From assembly GCF_021869535.1 (NCBI RefSeq), contig NW_026262712.1:65782001-65846000 (forward strand): a stretch of DNA of 64,000 nt, written 5' to 3'. Below, piece by piece: positions 23,611 through 35,105 of this stretch (within the stretch, counting starts at the first letter, position 1; each line of letters begins with the position of its first letter). The notes beneath the pieces were generated by a model. It was not told where the DNA came from, did no database searches, and worked only from the letters and a program-made list of their open reading frames with translations. Position numbers and translations under genes: made by a program. Source of the DNA: Mytilus californianus. Taxonomy: Eukaryota.

Positions 23611-24660
23611 TATAAGACATGGGTAAGCAAGGGGACCATAATCGTCGAATCTAAAAGGGTAATCATCTGGCTGATCCGGATCCTCTTACAACCCCCAAAC
23701 AAATTTTGACACCAAATATTGAGGTGAATAAGGCCGTAGTCGTTTGCACAGGGAACACACCTTTTGTTTATCTACTTAACACCGAAATTGCACCTATTCG
23801 TTAACCTTTTTACGGGTTAATTCAAAAACGGTGTTTCATTATCATGATAAAACTGCTTTGGACATCTCGATTGGTCCTTTACGAGGATATTTTACTCTGT
23901 GAGAGAAATCGAACTTCTGTATCGTTTCATTAAAAAAAAGTTGATTTCAATAGAATCATTCATAATAATACGATAATACAATACAATAATACAGAATACA
24001 ATAGCTTGGCCTAGGAAGGGGTCAACTAAACCATAAACAAATATTGAAATGCTAAGTGTAACACCTGCAACATAAGCATTCAGAAATGAAGATGCTCACA
24101 ACCTAAAATTGGTATATCTACTAAAATACATTTGTAATGGACCACAAATATAGATGAACATCTAACAAACATCAAAATGAACAAAAAAATCATGAGATGA
24201 TGAAGGGGGTGGAGGGCGGGAAAATTTATAAAATCTAAAACAAAATATTGTTTACAAAATATCGATCAATAGATCATAAAGAATGTGTAATTAGATATAT
24301 TGTGTAGAAACTGACCAATGGTCATCCAGCCAAAAGATCGTAATGCAGGGGTAAATATTATAAGACATAGGTAAGCAAGACGACCCTAATCGTCGAATTT
24401 AATAGGGTAATCATCTGGCTGATCCGGATCCTCTTACTACCCCAAACAAATTTTGACACCAAATATTGAGGTGATTAAGGCCGTAGTCGTTTGCACAGGG
24501 AACACACCCTTTGTTTATCAACTTAACACCGAAATTGCAGCTATTAGTTAATCTTTTTACAGGATAATTCAAAAACGGTGTTTCATTATCATGATAAAAC
24601 TGCTTGGGACATCTCGATTGGTCCTTTACGAGGATATTTTACTCTGTGAGAGAAATCGAA
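23611..24660. repeat. Local ~300-bp direct duplication (23611-23913 and 24359-24660)
   Basis: TATAAGACAT(G/A)GGTAAGCAAG...GTGAGAGAAATCGAA repeated at a 747-748 bp offset with scattered substitutions. Confidence 0.9.
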
Positions 24661-26329
24661 ATGTTGTATGTATTAATGGAATCAGTAAAGTCAAGAAATA
24701 AGGAAATTTAACTCAAACCTTGAAAAAAATCAAGTCTGTTAAAATATGACTCGATTGCATCTATTTCATTGTAGAGAGATGCCATTGAACCTGGACAGCC
24801 TCATTAGATCAGTGCTTTTCATATATCTGTTTTTGCTTTCATATAGTAACAAGCCCTCCCTCTTATAAATACACTTATTCAAACCTTCTACAAAACTTAA
24901 ATCAAATAATTAAGTACATGTGTATTAATGATTTATGAAAAGATGAATTTTTGAGCCATTTCAAACTTAAGATAACACCTAAACGTTTCGGTAAACAGTA
25001 GGTAAATTAGCCATGGATGTAAAAATTCATTATACGTTATAGCATACTCACATTGACCTTGATACAAAAACCCTTGATTTGCAGTTCTCCAAAATCATGG
25101 TCATTATGGCATAAATAGGTAAATATTTGGCAAACAAGAAGCTGATAACCGATGAATCCCATGGTATAGCATGCTTACTTGACGCTTGCTAAAATATTTC
25201 TTAAAACTCTGATATTTGGTCCCTGAGAAAAATCTGACGAAAATATCATCGAGCGGACGCTTATACGGACCAGTTTATATCCACCTAGTGAATAGGGGTA
25301 TTACTAAAAGAAAGGTTATTACTATTTAAACACCAATATACCCTCAAAATAATAAAGATTATTGTAAGTCAGTAACTAATTTAATTTTTGTCAAGTGATA
25401 CAGTTTGGCTATGGTTTGACTTCGATGTATTTTTTACGATATATAATTGCAATACATGTCATGCTTGATAGCACTCATGAACTGATTCTATTAAATCAAA
25501 TCTCGATATTTAGCCAATGTGCTACGAATGATGATACCGTCAGTTTTATTTCATAAATGAACAAAAAAAACGGTGTTATTTTATCTATGACATAATGATA
25601 ATTGATACTAAGATAAGTAATAACATTCTTACATATTTTAGATATTTTGTTTCATGATCACTAGCTGTACATTGTATTTATATTCTTTTTTCCTATCGCA
25701 TGTTTCATTTTTTAAATTTAAAAGAGATAACACTGCGGTAATTGGTGAGAATTATTTTATTTTGTTGTAATTTTTCACAGTTCTATTTTGTTAAATATAT
25801 TTTTCAAATATTAGTACATTAATATTTGTACCTGCACTAAAATGTATGGCATTGTTTGGACTTACTCATGAATATGTCTAGTTTGTCTTTAATTATACTC
25901 CATTTTAGTTTTATTAGCTTTTCTGCTATTGGATTTTTAGATATTTTGGCATTGCGATTCACTAATGAGACATTTATAGTCGTAATGAGAATGTGGTGCA
26001 GAAATATTTGTACCGTTGAAGTTATCATACCACAATATTATATAATAATTATTAATAGAATGATATATTGCATTAATATATGACCTTCTTTTTATTTATT
26101 AAATTATGTGACACTGAGTTTTAATTCGCTAAATAGAAATTGTGTTTATTTTGGTCTCAAACCTATAGAATCACTAGAAAGGTTGTATTCCAACAAACTA
26201 CATTGTTTCCTTTTATGTTGCTTTGTTTTATATGGTTATCTATATCACATAGTACAAGTTTTGAAATATAAAAAATAATTATTAAAGAAATTTTAAAACT
26301 CAGCAAAGATTCTAAGATTATAATTTGGT

Positions 26330-26371
26330 ACACCAGACGCGCCTTTCCTCTTCATAGGAATCATCAGTAAT
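26330..26371 (-). pseudogene. Degenerate hammerhead motif whose upstream stem I arm is interrupted by the LTR insertion
   Basis: Minus strand CTGATGA-TTCC tatga AGAG-GAAA-GGCGCG-TC-TGGTGT; the host repeat continues after 30091. Confidence 0.55.
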
Positions 26372-27578
26372 TGTAAAGAAGTGAAATTTTCACTTCTGAG
26401 TTCTTTTAGTAAGGGGGACAATCAAATAGATCTGTCAATTGGGCGTCAAACAAAACTAAATAAAAATTTGCATTTAATAATACCACAACCACAAGACAAA
26501 CACAAAACATAAATATACACATATGAAACAACCTCTCCACGACCTCTCTTCTATCTCACATAGACAATGACAAATACACGGAACTAAATACACTTAACTA
26601 AAAGTTAAAATTAAAAGTAAATAAATAAATTAGTCCATCACAGTCCATAAATCACAAGTCTATATCAATCCAGAAATCTCAAAGGTTGTTCTCGTTTGAT
26701 CCGAATTACTATACTGTTCAAATTTACTGTCTGTCAACTTGACAAATATTGAAAAACCAATACTTTGACAACATAACGTTAAATACTTCAGTCTCTGGGA
26801 CAAACTGTCAAACAAGTTTCTGCTATGTTTTAAATTGTAATTGTCCCGAAACAAATTCACTGACGGACTATTTAACCACACAGATATTCAGGTTGTTGTA
26901 ATACTTAATACTTGAAAACTATCTGTTCCATTTAAACTATCAAATGTTAACCATACACACAGTATATATTTATCCTCATCTGAGATTCAACTTTATATAT
27001 AGGAAATTGTCTCATTTTACTTATCACTCCTTTCTTTTAATGATCTAAAATACTTCCATAACTCAACAAGTCCCCTGGGAAAGAAACAAAACACAATTTT
27101 AAATAACGGACCGATTTAATCCCGAATAAACATAATTATTTGACAACCGTGCGCGCCATAATTACAATATGACAAACAAAATTTGATATCTCGTGCAAAT
27201 ATTTGAAACAGAAGACATAAGGGCGGGGCATGGTGTGTTTGTGTGACAAAACCTACCTGGGAGTTCTTTATTGTCCTGATGGACAAAATATTAATGAATT
27301 CTCCTGAACTGATCATTCCTGATATAATATCTGCCCTGACAATAGTCAAACTCCAACTCCAAGTTCCAGTCAGTTTTCAACATCTGACTTCAACACTGTC
27401 CAGGTGTTATACTGACAACACCTTATCTCAAGACTAGTGTTTCTAAATTAACCTGCCTAACCAGTTTCTCACCTTCACATTACCTGTTTGTCAAACTTGA
27501 TTACTTTTGTTCTATTTATAAATCACTAAGATTTAAATCCAGGTAACACTCAAAGAAGGATAACTCAAAAACTTTACA
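26372..27578 (-). repeat. 3' LTR (1207 bp)
   Basis: TGTAAAG...CTTTACA; matches 28880-30086 at a constant 2508-bp offset, one substitution seen. Confidence 0.95.
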
Positions 27579-27590
27579 ATCCTCCCCTCT
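27579..27590 (-). other. Polypurine tract
   Basis: Minus strand AGAGGGGAGGAT abutting the 3' LTR. Confidence 0.85.
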
Positions 27591-27755
27591 AAGGAGACAA
27601 AATAACATTTTTGTCCAACCCAAACACTCTCTCATACCCGATACAAAATAACCTACCTGTCTACATCATTTAGACAGAATCTTATAACTGCCAAGAACAA
27701 CATGCATAAACATATATACAACTATACACACTACCTGGAGTATTTCAGGGGACTT

Positions 27756-27887
27756 CTATTCCGCCAACCTGGACAACGCATCTGCCACAATGTTCAACTT
27801 ACCAGGCACATAGGAAATTCTAAATTTTAATTCCTGTAGTGTCAGACTCCAACATAATAATCGCTGATTACTCATCTTCATTCTTAC
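27756..27887 (-). pseudogene. C-terminal tip of Pol RNase H
   Basis: VRMKMSNQRLLCWSLTLQELKFRISYVPGKLNIVADALSRLAE*, matching the RH-end motif RW.L.LQE..F.I.Y.PGK.N.VADALSR. Confidence 0.85.
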
Positions 27888-27891
27888 CTTT

Positions 27892-28032
27892 TTACGTACC
27901 TTTCTTTTCAGTGCAATCATAACTTAAATGTCCTTGTTTATGACAAATGTAACAAGTTTTAGGTTTACTGAAATCCTTACCCTTTCCTAGGTCCTTCTGT
28001 AAGCCTCTGGTTTGACCACCATTATTACCTGA
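27892..28032 (-). other. In-frame Gag tail with CCHC zinc knuckle downstream of the TAA
   Basis: SGNNGGQTRGLQKDLGKGKDFSKPKT-CYICHKQGHLSYDC-TEKKGT*; CX2CX4HX4C at 27913-27954 in the gag frame. Confidence 0.85.
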
Positions 28033-28815
28033 TTAAGGTTTCATCTTGAAAGCACCATCTGATACAAGACTCTCAATCTTGTGAGCCACTTGATAGGATT
28101 CAGCTAAATCAACAACTTCATGAGCAGATTTAGGCTTGTGTTCATTAACCCAAAGCCTTAAATCCGTACTACAATTTTGGAGTAATTGCTCACGCAACAT
28201 CAAATCTAATAGTTTTTCATGACTGTTATCAACAACCTCACGTTCACACCAATGTTCTAAATACCTTTCTAACTTAACCCTGAATTCTCTAAATGACTCG
28301 TCTTTTTCCTGAATAGCAGACCTAAATTTTTCCCTGTAGGCTTCTGCAGTTAACTCATACCTTTTTAGAATTGCATCTTTAATCTTGTCATAATTACCAC
28401 CATCAGCATCACTTAAACAAGAGTATGCCTCTAATGCCTTACCACTCAATAATGGCACAATACGAACTGGCCATTCAGACTTTGCCCATTTATGCAAGGC
28501 TGCTAGTTTCTCAAAAGACTTCAAAAAAACATCTGGGTCTTGACCTTCAATGAATTTTGGTAACTTACTATATTTCTGATCTCCTTTGCTAGTAACAGGT
28601 GCTGCAACACCTAAAGCTTGTTGCACCGCTATCTCTTTTTCCTTAATCTCAAGTTCACGCATGCGTATTTCTCTTTCCATCTCTGCACGTTTCAAATCAC
28701 GATCTGCTGCACGTTCTTCGCGCTCCGTCGCTTGTATTTCCTTCCACAGGGTCAGACAATCTGTAACAGACCCCCTTTTTTCTACTAACTCGGACATCCA
28801 TTTAGGCATGTCCAT
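28033..28815 (-). CDS. gag: Gag with SCAN-like capsid domain (260 aa, ends before the zinc knuckle)
   Basis: Coiled-coil N-terminus, LPKF.EGQDPDVFL.SFE..A....W....W...L.G.A, then YREKFR...ESF.EF...L..Y..HW...L...EQLL.....LR.WV.EHKP.S..E..LAE.Y (SCAN-like). Confidence 0.88.
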   Translation of the reverse strand: MDMPKWMSELVEKRGSVTDCLTLWKEIQATEREERAADRDLKRAEMEREIRMRELEIKEKEIAVQQALGVAAPVTSKGDQKYSKLPKFIEGQDPDVFLKSFEKLAALHKWAKSEWPVRIVPLLSGKALEAYSCLSDADGGNYDKIKDAILKRYELTAEAYREKFRSAIQEKDESFREFRVKLERYLEHWCEREVVDNSHEKLLDLMLREQLLQNCSTDLRLWVNEHKPKSAHEVVDLAESYQVAHKIESLVSDGAFKMKP

Positions 28816-28859
28816 GACAAAGTTGAATTTCAGTCAACTAGTATAAACCCTACTGACAG

Positions 28860-28877
28860 ATCCCACCGTGGATGCCA
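28860..28877 (-). other. Primer-binding site (tRNA 3' complement; isotype uncertain, Arg-like)
   Basis: TGGCATCCACGGTGGGAT starting 2 nt after the 5' LTR. Confidence 0.75.
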
Positions 28878-28879
28878 AA

Positions 28880-30086
28880 TGTAAAGAAGTGAAATTTTCA
28901 CTTCTGAGTTCTTTTAGTAAGGGGGACAATCAAATAGATCTGTCAATTGGGCGTCAAACAAAACTAAATAAAAATTTGCATTTAATAATACCACAACCAC
29001 AAGACAAACACAAAACATAAATATACACATATGAAACAACCTCTCCACGACCTCTCTTCTATCTCACATAGACAATGACAAATACACGGAACTAAATACA
29101 CTTAACTAAAAGTTAAAATTAAAAGTAAATAAATAAATTAGTCCATCACAGTCCATAAATCACAAGTCTATATCAATCCAGAAATCTCAAAGGTTGTTCT
29201 CGTTTGATCCGAATTACTATACTGTTCAAATTTACTGTCTGTCAACTTGACAAATATTGAAAAACCAATACTTTGACAACATAACGTTAAATACTTCAGT
29301 CTCTGGGACAAACTGTCAAACAAGTTTCTGCTATGTTTTAAATTGTAATTGTCCCGAAACAAATTCACTGACGGACTATTTAACCACACAGATATTCAGG
29401 TTGTTGTAATACTTAATACTTGAAAACTATCTGTTCCATTTAAACTATCAAATGTTAACCATACACACAGTATATATTTATCCTCATCTGAGATTCAACT
29501 TTATATATAGGAAATTGTCTCATTTTACTTATCACTCCTTTCTTTTAATGATCTAAAATACTTCCATAACTCAACAAGTCCCCTGGGAAAGAAACAAAAC
29601 ACAATTTTAAATAACGGACCGATTTAATCCCGAATAAACATAATTACTTGACAACCGTGCGCGCCATAATTACAATATGACAAACAAAATTTGATATCTC
29701 GTGCAAATATTTGAAACAGAAGACATAAGGGCGGGGCATGGTGTGTTTGTGTGACAAAACCTACCTGGGAGTTCTTTATTGTCCTGATGGACAAAATATT
29801 AATGAATTCTCCTGAACTGATCATTCCTGATATAATATCTGCCCTGACAATAGTCAAACTCCAACTCCAAGTTCCAGTCAGTTTTCAACATCTGACTTCA
29901 ACACTGTCCAGGTGTTATACTGACAACACCTTATCTCAAGACTAGTGTTTCTAAATTAACCTGCCTAACCAGTTTCTCACCTTCACATTACCTGTTTGTC
30001 AAACTTGATTACTTTTGTTCTATTTATAAATCACTAAGATTTAAATCCAGGTAACACTCAAAGAAGGATAACTCAAAAACTTTACA
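28880..30086 (-). repeat. 5' LTR (1207 bp)
   Basis: See 3' LTR. Confidence 0.95.
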
Positions 30087-31463
30087 GTAATGCTCGAACC
30101 AAAACAGTTGACTGGCCAAATCAAATAGAAAGTTGAGGAGCATTAAAAACCGAAAATTCCAAAAAGTTGTGACAATTGCGGCTAATGCAATCTATGTCTA
30201 GGGTAGAAAAGCCACAGTGTTTCGAATTATTTAACATTTTATGAACATCAATTGTTGACAATGAGGGTTTACCTATAGAATGGTGATACTCTTGTTGACG
30301 AAACAGTGACTTAGTTACCTTCGGGAACGTAAACGTAGGTTCCACACCAAAATATACGTCAAATACCCTATTCTTATTTTATATTTTATTTTTTTTGTGT
30401 TTTGCTATAAACATACTTATCAGGACCGAGAGTGCTCTGGTGTATTATCATTCGGATACACACACAAAACGATATCGGCAAGGCACAATCAAAATTAAAA
30501 ATCTTATGTGAGAGACACATGAGTTTGTGCCATTTTTGTTACCATTCAAATACGTACTGTGAAAGATATACTTCATTTCTATCATTTGTAAGTGTTAAGT
30601 CATTATTTAAAATTTTAACGTCATGCTGTTTCAATTTCTAAATTACAAATTAACACCCGAACAGTTGTATCAATGACATCATGATAAAAACATTAACGGT
30701 ACCAACTTTTACTGCCCCATATACGCATTTTGAAAATACAGGTCTATTCAGTGATGATTGAAGCCAAACTATTTCAAAATCATTCACCTTATTTAAACAT
30801 TAGATTCCTAATATAGCCAAAAATGGAACACAAGTAGATCCAAACGCGACCAAGGAATATGACTTTTTTAATTCTAAAATGATTTTCTTGGATTTATAAC
30901 ACCCGATTTCAATAAACTAAATCCGTATATTTATAATGGACTGGTGATTCCACTGTGATTAACAGTCCTCCAGCAGAGGTATCGACCATAATTGATAATA
31001 TTGATTAAATTCATCTTCATGCTTTCAATACATAATTGTGTTCATGATCATGCTCCGTATGTTATAGTTGTATTCTTCTATAAGGGTTAACACAGATCCA
31101 ACTATATAAACAAATAAGAAAACAATGCGTATAAATTAGTTTTGATTCAGTATTACGTTGCTATATTGCTGCTGTATGTGCATTGATATTTCACTTTTAT
31201 TCTACAATTGATGGCTATAGGATACTTATTGGCTAGTTTTTTTAAACTGTAGGAAAATGAGATTTTAAAAAATTATTACAGGGTCGATAACGGTGCTGTG
31301 GAATCAGATTCTGGGAGAAATCTCTGTCCAAAAGAAATTAAAACAATGAATAAGTTAATATCTAGATAATTATTCGTAATAGTGAACTTTTAACATATAA
31401 GAAGATAAATTCCAGCCATATTACAAATTCCAATTTCAATTAATCATTTACGACATTTTCAGA

Positions 31464-33126
31464 ATGGAAGAAGTAGAATCTTGTGCTGGATGTCTTCGTT
31501 TTGATGACAAAAAAGATGCAAAGTTTTGGTGTGTGAATTGTAGCGAATTTGTCTGCAATTCCTGTGCTAAATCGCATAAAAAATTACCAACACCTCATGC
31601 CATCTTAGCAAAGGAACACTTATGCATCAGTTCAGATCTTCTAAGACTTGGAGGAAATTGTGAAACCCATCGCTCACAAAAATATGTTTTTTTTTTGCTG
31701 ACAACATGATCAGCTTGCTTGTGACAAATGTAAGTCAGAATCACATCAAACCTGTTCATCTATCGTTTCCATTGAGAAAGCAGCTGAAAATGTCAGGGAC
31801 GGAAGAGTTTTATCTGATTTAGAAAAGAGGATTGATAACCTTGGTGAAAGAATAGGGGTAATTCTAAAGAATAAAACAAATCCAATTGGACATGACACAA
31901 GGGTTAAAACCGAAATAAAGAAGACAGTTCATGATGTAAAGCAACAATTAGTACTTCACTTTGAAAAACTAGAGAACCAGTTGTGTGATGATATCGATAT
32001 AATGGTCCCAAAATATGGCCAATCAGAGTCCAGAGATCTGAAAAAATTACAAAAAACGCTTAAAACGGTGGATGGTTGGAAAAAAGATCTAAAATCTCTG
32101 AAAAAAATCACGTCTGAAACCTATCTTTTCCAAGTCATCAAATTTATCGATAAAGAGGTTCATAATCAAACATCGGAAGTCGTAAAGTGTACAGCAAACA
32201 AACAAATATTAACATTTAAACCTTCAAAAGCGGTATTGAACTATCAGACAGTATTTCCATCACTAGGAAAATTAGCAATTAAACCATTGCTAAATACAAC
32301 GACAATGGACCCAGAGAGAAAACAACAAGCCCAAGTCCCTTTGCGTATCCCTAGGAAAAGACTTACTTTTGTTCGCTCATTCAAATCAACCGACTTGAAC
32401 ATAAACGATAGATTATCCAGCGGATGTTTCATGTCAGCGAATAAGCTACTACTAAAGACGCAATTAGGACTTGTCCTTTACATTTGTAATCTAGACAGAT
32501 CCGATTCAAAACAAATTAGGTTAAGTTGCCAGCCAGAATGTATTGCGAAGTTAGACAATAACCGAGCTTTGGTTTCATCCGTTGAAAATTACATACAGGT
32601 CATTAATATTTCAAGTAGAAAACCAGAAACAAAAATCATGATTAAGGGAAAACATTGCACAGATATGTGCAGCCTAGATGAAAAGATCTGGGTAAGAAGC
32701 GATCATAATACCCTCATAGCAGTTGATATCGATGGAAACGAATTGACCAAGATAATAACATTATTTGACCCCAATGATATTTGCGTACATCGATCTGGAG
32801 ATCTTTATTTCATTTCAGAAAGAAATGCTATATATGCAATGGGTTCTGACGAAAAACCATATCGAATTTCCCGACTTCCAAGGCAACATAATCCCGATGG
32901 CGTCCATCTTTCGGGGTTGGTTGTAGTGGACGATGATTTATTTGTCGCAGAGATGACTGATAATAACATATATAAAATTTCAATTGATGACGGGAATCAC
33001 GCGATAGTTCTAACAGAAGATGATGGTATCAAAGAACCGATCGGACTTTCTTACAATAGTGAAACAAAAGAGTTATTGGTCGTAAATAACCGTGGACTTT
33101 CTATTTACTTTTTTAAAGTAATATGA
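31464..33126 (+). pseudogene. RING-less TRIM-like gene (2 B-boxes, coiled coil, NHL/TolB-like beta-propeller) with +1 frameshift and adjacent TGA
   Basis: AG acceptor at 31461-62 before ATG; B-box1 C..C...A..WC.NC.E..C..C...H; T10 run (31687-96) shifts frame; C*QHDQLACDKC..H..C B-box2 with TGA at 31699-701; then open to TGA at 33126. Confidence 0.85.
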
Positions 33127-33469
33127 CAATATCAAATGAAAGAGTTGTTTGAAACAACAGAATTGTCCCTTTTTCAGATAATTTTCACAAGTATACACCA
33201 ATTGTGACTAATATTTTCCAGTTTATGAATATGATTCTATTTAGGCAACTTATTGGGAAATTTAAATAACTTCTTATGTAATTTGCAAAACAACGATCAA
33301 ATTTAATTGTTATTTATCTTGTATATCATCCAATCCTTATTGTAAATTTCACTCTCTTGGTGTAGAGAATTGTATACAATACACGTTCCTCATTTTCTAT
33401 GAAAAGTATTTCAAACATATTTACACTTTGACAGTTACTTGATACATTGTGTTAAAAATTCATGTTATG

Positions 33470-33986
33470 ACCAAAAATGTCAATTGACCCCTTAAGGAGT
33501 TATTGCCCTTTATAGTAAATTTTTCGTAAATTTTTGTAATCCTTTACAAAAATCTTCTCCACTTAATCTACTGAGCCAAATAGAATTAAACTTAGCCACA
33601 ATTTTCAATAGGGTATCTTGATTGAAAAATGTAACCGATGACCCTGTCATCCAACCAACATGGCCGCCATGGCTCAGAATAGAACATAGTGGTTTACTAT
33701 AGAAGTCTAAGGTAAAATTGTAAAATAAAACAATTTCAAATGGTCACAACTAGAAAACTAATTTAAATAATGATAAAGGGTCTTCAGTAACTATTGTTAG
33801 ACTATAATGGGATGACATGCTTTTAATTTAACTACTGGGCCAAATTAAACCAAACTTGGCCTCAATCATTATAAGGGTATGTTATACTATTTATTATGAT
33901 TTTAACCTTACATTTTAAACTTTACATGATTTCCAAAAACACAGTAGATACAGGTGAGCGACACAAGTTCTTGTGAGCCTCTAGTT
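33470..33986 (+). mobile_element. Helentron-associated non-autonomous element (HINE-like)
   Basis: Repeated CTACTG(A/G)GCCAAAT...AAACTT(A/G)GCC core; 3' CAGGTGAGCGACAC..(hairpin)..GAGCCTCTAGTT terminus. Confidence 0.55.
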
Positions 33987-34859
33987 ATATATATCCATTA
34001 CTTTGATATCATATATTTCATGTAGGGTTTTTTTTTTCTTTGAAAAATACAACTGCAATATGTGCAGATATTTTTACTGATCTTGTTTTATAAATAAACA
34101 TAAACAGTCAGTCATTCGGTGAAATAACTATCTTCGTGAATAAAGCATAATCTGAGAAGTTCTGTGTGTAAACAAGAGATAAAAAAAGATGAGAAATCGA
34201 GCGCATATAAGAGTCGGCGGAATTGACGACGTTTTTTTAATATTGTTAAAAATGTTGAAACTATATTATTACATTGTTATTTTACTCATATTTGGGGATA
34301 TGTAAAATATATAATATCCTAAGTTAAAACATATAAAAAGGGGAATTACATTTTGTAAACATGTTTGATAAATAAATAATATGTATTTTTGGATTTAATT
34401 ATTTTTTTAAGTTACGTTGTTTAACTTTGGCAAACTCTCTTGGTCATAAAATTTTTCAAAGAATGCTAACAACCATTTGGAACAGATTACACGTGCCTTG
34501 AAGGAAATGTTTTGTCAGCGTATTGAATTATAGTTCATTATCTAAATCAGCATTCAACTTTCCCCCTCCCGTTATTAATTTAGAAAATTGGAGTAGAAAC
34601 TAACAAAACAGTAGACTGTCAATCCACCATCTACAGTGGATGAATTGAAACTTGAGTACGTTTTCGCATTTGAAAAAAAAATATTCACAAAAGTTACCAG
34701 GCTGTAATGCTATATACCAAACGAAGAATTTTTGAATTACGAGTTGCCTTAATACTACAATATTTATGCTATCCTCCGCCTTTTTGCGATGTGTCGATAT
34801 AGTTTCTTGATGTCATTACGGCAAATATTCGTAATACTTGGGCATAATGCATTGTAATG

Positions 34860-35105
34860 GGCCTCATGGCCGAGTGATCAAAGAAATCGAACTACTGTAT
34901 CACTAGCCAGTCAACACTGAGGTTGTGAGTTCGAATCCCGCAGATGGCAGGTGGGCTCGGCACCAATCTTAATTGACTATGATTGTCAGTTTTCCTACGG
35001 AAGGTCGTGGTTCTCTCCTGACACTCCGGCTTCCTCCACCAATTAAAACTGACCGTCATGAAGTAGCACAATAGTGCTGAAAGTGGCGAAACACCAATCA
35101 AAAAA
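34860..35105 (+). mobile_element. tRNA-derived SINE with V-domain-like core
   Basis: A box TGGCCGAGTGA, B box GAGTTCGAATCCC, GGTTCTCTCCTGACACTCCGGCTTCCTCCACCAATTAAAACTGACCG..GAAAGTGGCG..ACACCAATCA tail. Confidence 0.75.

Larger units (their letters stand above)
26372..30086 (-). mobile_element. Young Ty3/Gypsy (Gmr1-like) LTR retrotransposon, internally deleted, gag-only
   Basis: Two 1207-bp TG...CA LTRs, 5-bp TSD GTAAT (26367-71 / 30087-91), PBS, PPT, Gag ORF, RNase H tip. Confidence 0.95.

Noticed and set aside
28586-28846. Antisense ORF over gag; also antisense ORFs over the transposase (49687-52460)
   Set aside because: Shadow ORFs of real coding sequence with no motifs.
26660-29945. 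Duplicated 64-77 aa ORFs in the LTRs
   Set aside because: Identical only because the LTRs are identical; no domain evidence.
31699-31701. In-frame TGA as selenocysteine
   Set aside because: Not at a Cys position of the B-box, next to a frameshift, no SECIS recognised.
34860-34950. tRNA gene
   Set aside because: A/B boxes only, followed by a SINE body and tail.
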